Part shown: in pieces, positions 1 to 8,616 of the stretch
Layout: every line of letters starts with the position of its first letter
Numbering within the stretch: position 1 is the stretch's first letter
Origin: Candidatus Bathyarchaeia archaeon
GTDB lineage: Archaea > Thermoproteota > CALKCG01 > B24
DNA length: 32,000 nt
Direction: 5' to 3'
Assembly: GCA_038870975.1 (NCBI GenBank)
Contig: JAVZJD010000001.1
Location: 129,926-161,925 of the forward strand
Notes under the pieces: model-generated
What the model saw: only the letters and a program-made list of their open reading frames with translations
Database searches by the model: none
Told to the model about the DNA's origin: nothing
Made by a program: the position numbers and the translations under genes

Positions 1-885
1 ACAGACCCAGACACTTCGAAAATAGCTGAAGAGAGCGATGTAGTATTCCTATGCACGCCTGCTGGCGTCTCTGCAAAAATATCGCATGAATTTCTGGAGA
101 GGGGGGTTAAGGTTATCGATTTAAGCCCAGACTTTAGACTTAAAGATCCAAAAGAGTATGAACGATGGTACGGTTGGAGACACCCCAGACCAGACCTTTT
201 AGAAAAGGCTGTCTACGGTCTACCGGAACTCCATAGGGAAGAGATACGGAAGGCAGATTTAATAGCATGCCCAGGCTGTATGTCAACAGCTGGTATACTA
301 GCCATGGCACCTCTAGCTAAAGCAGGTTTCATCAAGCAGAATACCGTCGTAGTAGATGCAATGATAGGTTCTTCAGGAGCAGGTGCTACACCTTCTCTTG
401 CAAGTATACATGCTGAGCGGTATGGTGTCATAAGACCGTACAAGCCAACTGGACATAGACATACGAGCGAAATAGAGCAGGAGCTTAGTCTATTGGCTGG
501 TGGGTGCATCAAGGTTGCATTCTCAGCTACCTCTGTTAACATAGTGAGAGGTATTCTCGCAGTATGTCACTGTTTCACCGAAAAGAGTTTAACAATTCGA
601 GATCTTTGGAAGATCTATAGACAATTTTATGGAGATGAGCCCTTCATAAGACTTGTCAGAGACGTTAAAGGGATCTTCCGATATCCAGATCCAAAGCCTA
701 TAGTAGGCTCGAACTTCTGCGATGTGGGATTTGAATTCGACCCTTATACCAATAGGATAGTTGCCCTAGCAGCCATAGATAATCTCGTTAAAGGCGCTGT
801 TGGAAATGCTGTTCAAAGTCTAAACATAATGTATGGACTAGATGAAAAGACAGGTTTAATGTATCCTGGTATCCATCCTGTTTAG
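1..885 (+). CDS. argC/lysY: N-acetyl-gamma-glutamyl-phosphate / LysW-aminoadipate semialdehyde reductase (5' truncated by window edge)
   Basis: Frame 1 is open from base 1 (TDPDTSKIAEESDVVFLCTPAGVSAKI...VIDLSPDFRL...VYGLPELHREEI...ACPGCMSTA) to the stop at 883-885; motifs typical of ArgC/LysY. The listed ORF from 280 is an internal start. Confidence 0.93.
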   Translation, partial: TDPDTSKIAEESDVVFLCTPAGVSAKISHEFLERGVKVIDLSPDFRLKDPKEYERWYGWRHPRPDLLEKAVYGLPELHREEIRKADLIACPGCMSTAGILAMAPLAKAGFIKQNTVVVDAMIGSSGAGATPSLASIHAERYGVIRPYKPTGHRHTSEIEQELSLLAGGCIKVAFSATSVNIVRGILAVCHCFTEKSLTIRDLWKIYRQFYGDEPFIRLVRDVKGIFRYPDPKPIVGSNFCDVGFEFDPYTNRIVALAAIDNLVKGAVGNAVQSLNIMYGLDEKTGLMYPGIHPV

Positions 886-896
886 GAGGCACGGTA

Positions 897-2081
897 TTGG
901 ATACGCAGACGATAATTCAGCTCGAAGAAAAATATATGGTTAATGTCTACTTCAGATACCCAGTGGTTATTGTAAAAGGCAGTGGCGCAGTACTATGGGA
1001 TACTGAAGGAAGGCGCTACATAGACCTAATGGGTGGATACGGCGTCGCGATAGTTGGCTACTCACACCCAAAAGTTGTTGAAGCGGTTAAAGAACAGCTC
1101 GGTAGACTTACGGTATGCCATCCGAGCTTATATAACGACGTGAGAGCCTCTCTATTAGAGAAGCTTGCAGCAGTAGCTCCAAATGGCTTAGACAAGATCT
1201 ACTTATGCAACAGTGGAGCTGAAGCTGTTGAAGCAGCTATTAAAATGGCTAAGAAGTTTACTGGTAGGTCCAAATTGGTATCGACAATTGGAGGATTCCA
1301 CGGAAAAACACTAGGTGCTTTATCTTTGACGTGGAATCCTAAGTATAGAGAGCCTTTTAAAGACCTTTTAATTAAAAACGTAGAATTCGTACCCTATGGA
1401 AGTCTTGAGAGGTCAGAGGCAGCGGTCGATGAGAACACCATAGCATTTATAGTAGAGCCGATACAGGGCGAGAGTGGTGTAAGAATACCGCCGGATGATT
1501 ATCTGAAAGGCTTAAGAGAGATATGCGACAGAAGGGGAAGTCTACTCATAATTGATGAGATTCAGACAGGATTAGGTAGAACTGGAGCCATGTGGGCCTG
1601 CCAACATTGGAATGTAAAACCAGACATCATGTGCATTGGTAAAGGTTTAGCGGGAGGAATTCCAATGGGCGCGGTATTAGCAAGAGAAGATATAGGCAGT
1701 AGTCTTAAGCTTGGGGAACATACGAGTACGTTCGGTGGGAACCCTCTTGCATGCGCAGCTGCTTCAGCTGTAATAGATTTGATAACCAGTGAGAAACTGC
1801 CTGAAAGAGCGAAAAAACTGGGAGAGACATTTAAACTGGGGTTGGAGAAGATTAAGCAAACCCATTCATCCATAAGAGAAGTTAGAGGCTTAGGTTTGAT
1901 GAGGGCAGCGGAGCTCAGATTCGACGTAAAAGACGTTATTGTTAAAAGCCTCGAAAATGGACTTATAACCTTATACTCTAGTAGAAACATATTAAGGTTC
2001 CTACCCCCTTTAGTTATAGAAGAGGCGCAAATAGTAGAGGCCTTAGAAATCCTAGATAGAGTACTCACCTTGGTCTCTTAA
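897..2081 (+). CDS. argD/lysJ: Acetylornithine / LysW-gamma-L-lysine aminotransferase (class III PLP aminotransferase)
   Basis: 394 aa; ...CNSGAEAVEAAIKMAKKFTGRSKLVSTIGGFHGKTLGALSLTW..., IIDEIQTGLGRTG..., GKGLAGGIPMGAV, TFGGNPLACAAA. TTG start with AGGAGG just upstream, overlapping the previous stop. Confidence 0.93.
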   Translation: MDTQTIIQLEEKYMVNVYFRYPVVIVKGSGAVLWDTEGRRYIDLMGGYGVAIVGYSHPKVVEAVKEQLGRLTVCHPSLYNDVRASLLEKLAAVAPNGLDKIYLCNSGAEAVEAAIKMAKKFTGRSKLVSTIGGFHGKTLGALSLTWNPKYREPFKDLLIKNVEFVPYGSLERSEAAVDENTIAFIVEPIQGESGVRIPPDDYLKGLREICDRRGSLLIIDEIQTGLGRTGAMWACQHWNVKPDIMCIGKGLAGGIPMGAVLAREDIGSSLKLGEHTSTFGGNPLACAAASAVIDLITSEKLPERAKKLGETFKLGLEKIKQTHSSIREVRGLGLMRAAELRFDVKDVIVKSLENGLITLYSSRNILRFLPPLVIEEAQIVEALEILDRVLTLVS

Positions 2082-2094
2082 ACCTATATGGAAA

Positions 2095-2397
2095 TCACAG
2101 TCTCTTCCTACCGTGTTTATAGGGTCGAGCTTTATTCACAGACATTTTTACTCTGATGGAGTTTGAAATGTCTATTTTAAGGTCTCCGCAGATGTGGAAA
2201 ATCCTGATGAGTGTATCAGCCACTTCTTCTTTAAAAGCCTCAAAATCATCGTCCCTCCAAGCCTCCATAGCTTCAGAAAGTTCGGTCACTACAAGCATTA
2301 AATATTTTGGCACGTTGTCCCATGTTACGTGGAAGCCCTTTGAATTTGCTATTTCCGTAGCTTCTCTAACGAGTTCCTCAATCGCCTGCGAGCTCAA
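2095..2397 (-). CDS. MazG-like nucleotide pyrophosphohydrolase
   Basis: 100 aa with VVTELSEAMEAWRDDDFEAFKEEVADTLIRIFHICGDLKID, a MazG-type ExxE...EExAD pattern. Confidence 0.8.
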   Translation of the reverse strand: MSSQAIEELVREATEIANSKGFHVTWDNVPKYLMLVVTELSEAMEAWRDDDFEAFKEEVADTLIRIFHICGDLKIDISNSIRVKMSVNKARPYKHGRKRL

Positions 2398-2505
2398 GTT
2401 ATCAGGTAGACATATCTGTTTAGAACTCTAATAAACGTAGCTTTCAACTTCTCAGGAAACTCAGCATTAATTTATATAATTTTGCTACATCAATAAAAAT
2501 CCGGA

Positions 2506-3858
2506 GTGGAAATGGAGGTTTTAATTAAAGATTGCAGCTGGATAGTTACTCAAGATGACCATAGAAGGCTGTTAAAGAAGACATCTGTGCTAATAAAAGA
2601 TGGAATTATTGAAGATATAGGCCGTGATTTAAACGGTGGAGATATAGTAGTCGATGGAAAAGATAAAATTTTGATGCCTGGCCTCATAAATACGCATACA
2701 CATCTTTCCATGAGTCTATTCAGAGGCTATGCTGAAGATCTACCGTTGGATAAATGGCTTAGAGAGAAAGTGTGGCCTTTGGAACGAAAACTCGACGAAC
2801 AACTCTGCTATATAGGAGCCCTGCTCGGATGTTTGGAAATGGTGAGGACGGGTACAACTTGTATGGTTGACATGTATTATCATGCTGGAGCTGTAGCTAA
2901 GGCTGTCGGAGAAGCCGGGTTAAGAGGGTTTATAGGTCAAGGTCTAATGGACACGATGACAGATGATAGAACTCCGAGTGAAAGTTTAAGAAAAAGTTTC
3001 CTAGAAGCAGCTCATAAAGCACTTAAAGCCATTCAAGAATTAAGTGATCCAAAGGTCAAGTTTATAGTAGCTCCACATGCCCCATACACTTGTTCAGACG
3101 AACTCCTCATAGAGGCGCAAGCGATGGCCGAAAAGATTGACACACTCGTACATATACACATAGCTGAAACTAGGAGGGAGCAGGCTGTGTTTCAGAGAAA
3201 CTATGGATGTAGCGTCTTAGAATACTTGGATAAAATCGATTTTCTAAATAAGAGGGTTTTAGCTGCACACTGTGTTTGGCTGACAAGAAGGGATATAGAA
3301 ATATTGGCACGTAGAGGCGTTAAGATTTCTCACTGCCCTATTTCAAACATGAAACTTGGAGTTGGAGGAGTATCGCCAATTCCAGAACTAGTGGAAGCTG
3401 GAGTACTAGTAACGTTGGGAACGGATGGACCAGCAAGTAATAATACGTTAGACATGTTTGAAAGTATGAAAATTGCAGCTTTGCTTCAAAAACATAACCG
3501 TTGGGATCCGAGTGTAGTAAACGCTCAACAAATCCTTGATATGGCTACGGTTAACGCAAGTGAAAGTCTAGGTCTTGGAGGAATTGTTGGACAGGTTAGA
3601 GAGGGTTTCGAAGCAGACTTGATATTGGTGGACGTTAGAAACCCTAGTCTTCAGCCAGTTCACAATCCAGAAAGCTTAGTGGCAAACCTTGTATATGCCG
3701 CTAAAGGTTTAAGCGTCAATTCCGTGTTCGTGAAAGGTGAACCTCTACTGCTAGATGGAGTCTACCAAACTCTCGATGCAGATAGGATATACAGCTTAGC
3801 TGAAGAGGCTTTAGAGGAACTCGGTATTAAGCTTTCTAACTGCACCGGAGATGTATAA
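2506..3858 (+). CDS. mtaD: 5'-methylthioadenosine/S-adenosylhomocysteine deaminase-type amidohydrolase
   Basis: 450 aa; GLINTHTHLSMSLFRGYAEDLPLDKWLREKVWPLE, APHAPYTCSDELL, HIHIAET, AHCVWLT, LGTDGPASNNTLDMFESMK: metal ligands and signature of the family. Confidence 0.88.
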   Translation: MEMEVLIKDCSWIVTQDDHRRLLKKTSVLIKDGIIEDIGRDLNGGDIVVDGKDKILMPGLINTHTHLSMSLFRGYAEDLPLDKWLREKVWPLERKLDEQLCYIGALLGCLEMVRTGTTCMVDMYYHAGAVAKAVGEAGLRGFIGQGLMDTMTDDRTPSESLRKSFLEAAHKALKAIQELSDPKVKFIVAPHAPYTCSDELLIEAQAMAEKIDTLVHIHIAETRREQAVFQRNYGCSVLEYLDKIDFLNKRVLAAHCVWLTRRDIEILARRGVKISHCPISNMKLGVGGVSPIPELVEAGVLVTLGTDGPASNNTLDMFESMKIAALLQKHNRWDPSVVNAQQILDMATVNASESLGLGGIVGQVREGFEADLILVDVRNPSLQPVHNPESLVANLVYAAKGLSVNSVFVKGEPLLLDGVYQTLDADRIYSLAEEALEELGIKLSNCTGDV

Positions 3859-3881
3859 TACACCACTCATCTACCGAACTA

Positions 3882-4628
3882 TTAGAGTTCACAGTAAACA
3901 CTTTTATCTTCCAGACAGGCTTCATCTATTCTCAAGTAGCCAGAGCCGCCCAGCCATATCGGTTCAGCTTTTCTAATGTGTAAACGTTTCCTGAAGAATG
4001 GCGCATCGAGGACAAGCGTCTCATATTCACCGCCCTCCCCAAGTAGGCTGAAACGGTGCTTATAGGCTAGGCGGATAAAATCCATGAGAGAATCGGCATC
4101 TAGAATTTTCCCTAGCCATTCCATTGTCAATCCTTCAGCTGCTACACCTACGATAATCGCTCGAAAACCAAGCTCTAAAATCTCTCTCAAAATCAGCTCC
4201 GCGGTTTTACTCCATAAAGGTGTGAAACTCTTCAGGCCGAGTTCTTCACATACCGAATCGATTATACTCTTCTGGTAATAACTCGCCGAAACACCCGAAA
4301 TAACAGAACAAATGTGGAAATCTTCGATGGCTTCTCTGAGAACGTAAGAAAGGGCTTTTAAACTACTATGCACGGAGTCTCCAGTTCTTCTCAGGAGAAG
4401 GGGTTTACCCATTGCTTCGGCTTGAAGCCTTGTAAGCTCTACGGCTGGATAATGGAAAATCCAAGACTCAAAACTTTCAGGTATAAGAGTTATAAGACAG
4501 GATATTTCAAAACCTTGATTTGAGGAAATCCATAGAGCGTAAAGACTATCCTTACCGCCTGAGGAGAGTACAGCGCTTTTCAAACCACTAAATCTTACCA
4601 GGTCTAGATTCTTTAAGTTTTGCTCCAC
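3882..4628 (-). CDS. dph6: Diphthine--ammonia ligase-like ATP-binding protein (Dph6 family)
   Basis: 248 aa; AVLSSGGKDSLYALW PP-loop, GVSASYYQKSIIDSVCEELGLKSFTPLWSKTAELILREILELGFRAIIVGV, LLGEGGEYETLVLDAPFF. Confidence 0.85.
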   Translation of the reverse strand: MEQNLKNLDLVRFSGLKSAVLSSGGKDSLYALWISSNQGFEISCLITLIPESFESWIFHYPAVELTRLQAEAMGKPLLLRRTGDSVHSSLKALSYVLREAIEDFHICSVISGVSASYYQKSIIDSVCEELGLKSFTPLWSKTAELILREILELGFRAIIVGVAAEGLTMEWLGKILDADSLMDFIRLAYKHRFSLLGEGGEYETLVLDAPFFRKRLHIRKAEPIWLGGSGYLRIDEACLEDKSVYCEL

Positions 4629-5109
4629 AATACGGACAGTAAACAGCTCCCAGAGGAATTTTAGCCTTACAATAGGGGCAGACGTTTAAAGGCGGTGGTT
4701 GTTTTGGAGGAGCCAAGCGGTTTTTAATATAGGAGCCGATGAATCCTCCTCCGAATCCCACGCCAAGTTGTATTAGAAAACTTACTATGTATAGGAGGAG
4801 GAGCAACGGTAAACCTAAAGATGCCATCTCTGAAATCTCTGGTGGTATTTCTAGGAGACCCATCTGAAGTAAGACGGTTTGTATAGATTGTCTCACCAGT
4901 AGGATATCTATAACCGCCGTTATAGCCCCGATTTTACCTCCATCTTTCAAAGGCTCGATGAAGAAACTTCCAGCAACCAAGCCTCCTAAAAATGGAGAGA
5001 TGAGAATTAGGTCTGAAAGGCCAGCTGTTAGCAAGACTACTAGGTCTAAAATGGCACATGTTACGATACCTAAAAGCACAGCTAGTCCAGTTCTAGGCTT
5101 CATTTCCAA
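4588..5109 (-). CDS. Small integral membrane protein with C-terminal zinc ribbon
   Basis: 173 aa; several glycine-rich hydrophobic segments, then CPYCKAKIPLGAVYCPYCGAKL. Confidence 0.7.
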   Translation of the reverse strand: MEMKPRTGLAVLLGIVTCAILDLVVLLTAGLSDLILISPFLGGLVAGSFFIEPLKDGGKIGAITAVIDILLVRQSIQTVLLQMGLLEIPPEISEMASLGLPLLLLLYIVSFLIQLGVGFGGGFIGSYIKNRLAPPKQPPPLNVCPYCKAKIPLGAVYCPYCGAKLKESRPGKI

Positions 5110-5381
5110 AATTTAAAGAGAAATCAATGATTTAAGTGTTTAGGTTCATCTATTAGTGAACCATTTTTACCGAGTTTTGGAATGATATTGAACCATCGAA
5201 GCTGTTTTATTAGGCTCCATAGATTTTGAAGCAACCTCTATTGCTAAAGATATAGTGTAGACGCCGAGGATGTAACGGTGGAGTTCTAAGGTAAAAGCAC
5301 TAAGACAGTAACAGTAGGTTTCAATTGAAAACGTTTAAGTCTTCTTGCAAATGAAGTTTTTAATTGGTGCTTAGCTATTAG

Positions 5382-6767
5382 ATGGAGATTATAAGAAACT
5401 TTGAAAGTTTGATTTATAATGGTTTAACTGATGGAGATAGAAGAGCCAGAGCCATTTGTTTAAACATTCTTAATAGGGTGTTGGAGGGGATAAATCCAGT
5501 CAATATGATAAAGTCAAACGTTACTAGAAACGGCTCAATGTTGAATGTGTGTGGTGTAACGTTTAATCTCGACGATTTTCAACACATCTATTTGGTTGGC
5601 TTTGGCAAATCTAGCCACGTCATGTCTTTAATTATGGAACAGCTCATAGGAGATAGAATCAGTAAAGGCTTTATAAATGTATATAGAGGGGTGAAGTTTA
5701 AATCTCTAACAGGTAAAGTTGAGTTCATAGAAGCTGGTCATCCAATACCTGATACCAATGGACAGAAAGGCGCTGAAGAAATCGTGAGGATTGTCTCAGA
5801 GGCTTCGGAACATGACTTAGTGATATGCCTTATTTCAGGTGGTGGTTCGTCTATGACTCCATTGCCAGCAGATGGAATATCGCTCGAGGAAAAACAGCAG
5901 GTTACACAGCTTCTTCTCAAAAGTGGGGCCACTATAGAGGAGGTTAACGCGGTTAGAAAGCATATATCAGCATTTAAAGGTGGGTTATTGGCTAAATACG
6001 CATATCCGGCTAGAGTCGTGAGTCTAATAATTTCTGACGTCGTTGGAGATAAATTAGACGTTATTTCATCTGGACCTACATCGCCAGATTCTTCAACTTT
6101 TCAAGACGCTTACCGTGTACTCGTCAAGTACAATTTGTGGCATCACATACCCGAGGCAGTCAGGAGAAGAATAGAAGCTGGCTTGAATGGGGAAGTGGAA
6201 GAAACACCTAAACCAAGAGATATAGTCTTTGAAAAAGTTCACAATTTCATAATTGGAAGTAATAGATTAGCCTGTAGAATAGCCGCTAGAACTGCTGGTG
6301 AAATAGGCTTAAACTCAACTATTTTATCCTCAGTGATTGAAGGGGAAGCCAGACATGTGGGAAGTGTCTACGGTGGTATACTCTTTGAAGAAGCTTTAGA
6401 AGGATGCCCTATCAAGAAGCCTGCAGTCTTAATAGCCGGTGGTGAAACTACGGTTACAGTTAGAGGATCTGGAATTGGCGGTAGAAATCAAGAGCTTGTT
6501 CTTGCAGCCTGTATGAAAATACGAGGCCTTAGAAGTGTTGCAATTGCCTCCATAGGAACAGATGGAGTTGACGGTTTAACAGATGCAGCTGGAGCTATAG
6601 CTGACGGTAAAACTGTCCAAAGGGCTTTTGAAGCAAATTTAGACCCTGAAGAATACCTCAATAATAATGACTCCTATAGATTTTTTAAGGAGCTAAATGA
6701 CCTAGTTTTCACAGGACCTACGGGTGTAAACTTAATGGATATAGCGGTTATGGTCGCATTAGAGTAA
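5382..6767 (+). CDS. Glycerate 2-kinase (DUF4147/MOFRL family)
   Basis: 461 aa; VGFGKSSHVMSLIMEQL, EAGHPIPDTNGQKGAEEI, LISGGGSSMTPLP, SDVVGDKLDVISSGPTSPDSSTF, GGETTVTVRGSGIGGRNQELVLA, SIGTDGVDGLTDAAGA. Confidence 0.92.
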   Translation: MEIIRNFESLIYNGLTDGDRRARAICLNILNRVLEGINPVNMIKSNVTRNGSMLNVCGVTFNLDDFQHIYLVGFGKSSHVMSLIMEQLIGDRISKGFINVYRGVKFKSLTGKVEFIEAGHPIPDTNGQKGAEEIVRIVSEASEHDLVICLISGGGSSMTPLPADGISLEEKQQVTQLLLKSGATIEEVNAVRKHISAFKGGLLAKYAYPARVVSLIISDVVGDKLDVISSGPTSPDSSTFQDAYRVLVKYNLWHHIPEAVRRRIEAGLNGEVEETPKPRDIVFEKVHNFIIGSNRLACRIAARTAGEIGLNSTILSSVIEGEARHVGSVYGGILFEEALEGCPIKKPAVLIAGGETTVTVRGSGIGGRNQELVLAACMKIRGLRSVAIASIGTDGVDGLTDAAGAIADGKTVQRAFEANLDPEEYLNNNDSYRFFKELNDLVFTGPTGVNLMDIAVMVALE

Positions 6768-6790
6768 TTTATGACTCAGGTGGCTCCCAC

Positions 6791-7759
6791 ATGTTTACTA
6801 GTTGCGTAGGTAGTTTTCCAGCGGAATTCCATAGAAAATCTGTAGAAATGATCGCAGAAGACATGGATAGTATAGGTTTAACCTATCCTAGCTATCCGCA
6901 ACTTAGAGACTTCATAGCTATGTTTCTCGACCCACTGTGTTCTCAAGGACTCATCTACAAAAGTGGCTTAGAATACGTACTTTCTCCCGATAATGCTGAA
7001 GACATAGAGAAGGCTGATATGCCCATACCTTTCGAAGCTCTATGGTTTATAGATTACGTTAGAAGTCGCAAATTGAATTTCATAGGTTTAAGAGCCCCTG
7101 TAACAGGGGTCTTCACATTGGCTTCACAAATCTATCGAACTAAGAAAACACACTCAATAAGAGAATCGTTGATGAACGATTTAACGTTTCTAGAGAATTT
7201 AGCCTCCCTAGTATCAAAATTAATACGTAAACTCGAGGATTTAGGATATAGTCTAATAGTGATTGACGAACCTATTCTTTCGACCGTTTACGGTAGCGGA
7301 GTAACGCTGATCAAACATAACAGTGAAGATGTTTTAAGAATATTTGGAAAACTCAAGCCGCATAAGTCTGTTGGAGGTATACACATATGCGGTAAAATCT
7401 CACAACCTCTGTTTAGACTTCTTTTAAGATCAGATTTTACTCTACTAGACCATGAATTTAAAGACATTCCAGAGAATTTTAAGAGTCTAAATCCAGAGGA
7501 GTTTAAGAAATCCGATAAACTGCTTTCCGTTGGTTGCACATCATCGAGGAACGTAAAAGTTGAGACAGTTGAAGACGTTTTAAGTGCATTGAATAGAGCT
7601 GTAGACCTCTATGGTGATAAAGTCTACATGGCTAAGCCGGACTGTGGATTCAGAGGCTTTAGGGGCGTTTTACCTGAGGATGAAGCATATAGAGTTAGCA
7701 TTTTGAAGCTTAAAATGATAGTTGAGGCTGTGAAAAAACTTAATTACTTAAAGTCCTGA
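6791..7759 (+). CDS. MetE-like short methionine synthase / methylcobalamin:homocysteine methyltransferase
   Basis: 322 aa; CVGSFP start, IDEPILS, GGIHICGK (HxC), SVGCTSSRN, KPDCGFRGF, matching the metal-ligand motifs of the MetE C-terminal catalytic domain. Confidence 0.85.
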   Translation: MFTSCVGSFPAEFHRKSVEMIAEDMDSIGLTYPSYPQLRDFIAMFLDPLCSQGLIYKSGLEYVLSPDNAEDIEKADMPIPFEALWFIDYVRSRKLNFIGLRAPVTGVFTLASQIYRTKKTHSIRESLMNDLTFLENLASLVSKLIRKLEDLGYSLIVIDEPILSTVYGSGVTLIKHNSEDVLRIFGKLKPHKSVGGIHICGKISQPLFRLLLRSDFTLLDHEFKDIPENFKSLNPEEFKKSDKLLSVGCTSSRNVKVETVEDVLSALNRAVDLYGDKVYMAKPDCGFRGFRGVLPEDEAYRVSILKLKMIVEAVKKLNYLKS

Positions 7760-7780
7760 TTATGGTTAAATGTGATCTAA

Positions 7781-8263
7781 ATGGTTAAGGTTATCGTTAT
7801 TTATTATTCACGGGGAGGAAATACTCGAAGGGTTGCAGAAATGCTTACTACTACACTCAAAGAGGAAGACTTGGAGGTATGTATGAAAAACGTGTCTGAT
7901 GTGAAAGTTGAAGAGCTAATTCAGTACGATGGAATCGCTATAGGCTCTCCAACTTACTATGGTCAAATGGCAGGTGAAGTTAAAACCTTTCTAGATGAAA
8001 CCGTTAGACTTCATGGAAAGCTTGACGGTAAAGTCGGCTTGGCTTTTACAACATCTGGTGGATATGGAACTGGGGGGGAGACAACTATACTGTCCATCAT
8101 TCAGGCTATGTTAATACACGGCATGATCGTTCAAGGGGATCCCGATGATCTACATTATGGTATTATAATCAGAGGAATGCCTAAAGATGAAGATCTTAAT
8201 CTTATTAGGGTTAAAGCTAAAAGATTTTCCACACTACTTAAGAAACTTAAGACCGCCGCGTAA
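7781..8263 (+). CDS. Flavodoxin-like / WrbA-type NAD(P)H quinone oxidoreductase
   Basis: 160 aa; IVIYYSRGGNTRRVAEML phosphate-binding loop, IAIGSPTYYGQMAGEVKTFLDE, AFTTSGGYGTGGETT. Confidence 0.85.
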   Translation: MVKVIVIYYSRGGNTRRVAEMLTTTLKEEDLEVCMKNVSDVKVEELIQYDGIAIGSPTYYGQMAGEVKTFLDETVRLHGKLDGKVGLAFTTSGGYGTGGETTILSIIQAMLIHGMIVQGDPDDLHYGIIIRGMPKDEDLNLIRVKAKRFSTLLKKLKTAA

Positions 8264-8304
8264 CGACGGTAGATTTTTTAATAGTACAATCATCTGATAA
8301 GAGA

Positions 8305-8316
8305 AATATTTATTAA
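8305..8316 (+). promoter_or_regulatory. Putative TATA box of the rpoH-rpoB-rpoA operon
   Basis: GAGAAATATTTATTAAAG about 50 nt upstream of the rpoH ATG at 8362. Confidence 0.45.
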
Positions 8317-8361
8317 AGACTAAGTATAATCTAGCTTAGCACTTTCTAAGCAGGTTTAAAT

Positions 8362-8616
8362 ATGAGCGCACAACAAAAAGTTAAACTTGATATATTTCGT
8401 CATGAGCTTGTTCCTAAACACAGCATATTAGTTAAAGATGAAGTAGATGAGCTTCTAAGAAGATATCATATTGAGAAGTATCAGCTCCCTAGGATTAGAG
8501 TTCGAGACCCTGCCGCCGTGCTCATAGGCGCTAAACCTGGAGATGTAATCAGAATTGTCAGAAGAAGTCCCACAGCTGGACTATCTGTATATTATAGATT
8601 TGTTGTAGGTGGTTAA
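8362..8616 (+). CDS. rpoH: DNA-directed RNA polymerase subunit H (Rpo5)
   Basis: 84 aa; DIFRHELVPKHSILVKDEVDELLRRYHIEKYQLPRIRVRDPAAVLIGAKPGDVIRIVRRSPTAG; immediately upstream of rpoB. Confidence 0.97.
   Translation: MSAQQKVKLDIFRHELVPKHSILVKDEVDELLRRYHIEKYQLPRIRVRDPAAVLIGAKPGDVIRIVRRSPTAGLSVYYRFVVGG

Noticed and set aside
2156-2431. 91 aa plus-strand ORF opposite the MazG-like gene
   Set aside because: Antisense to a convincing MazG-like protein, with no motif of its own.
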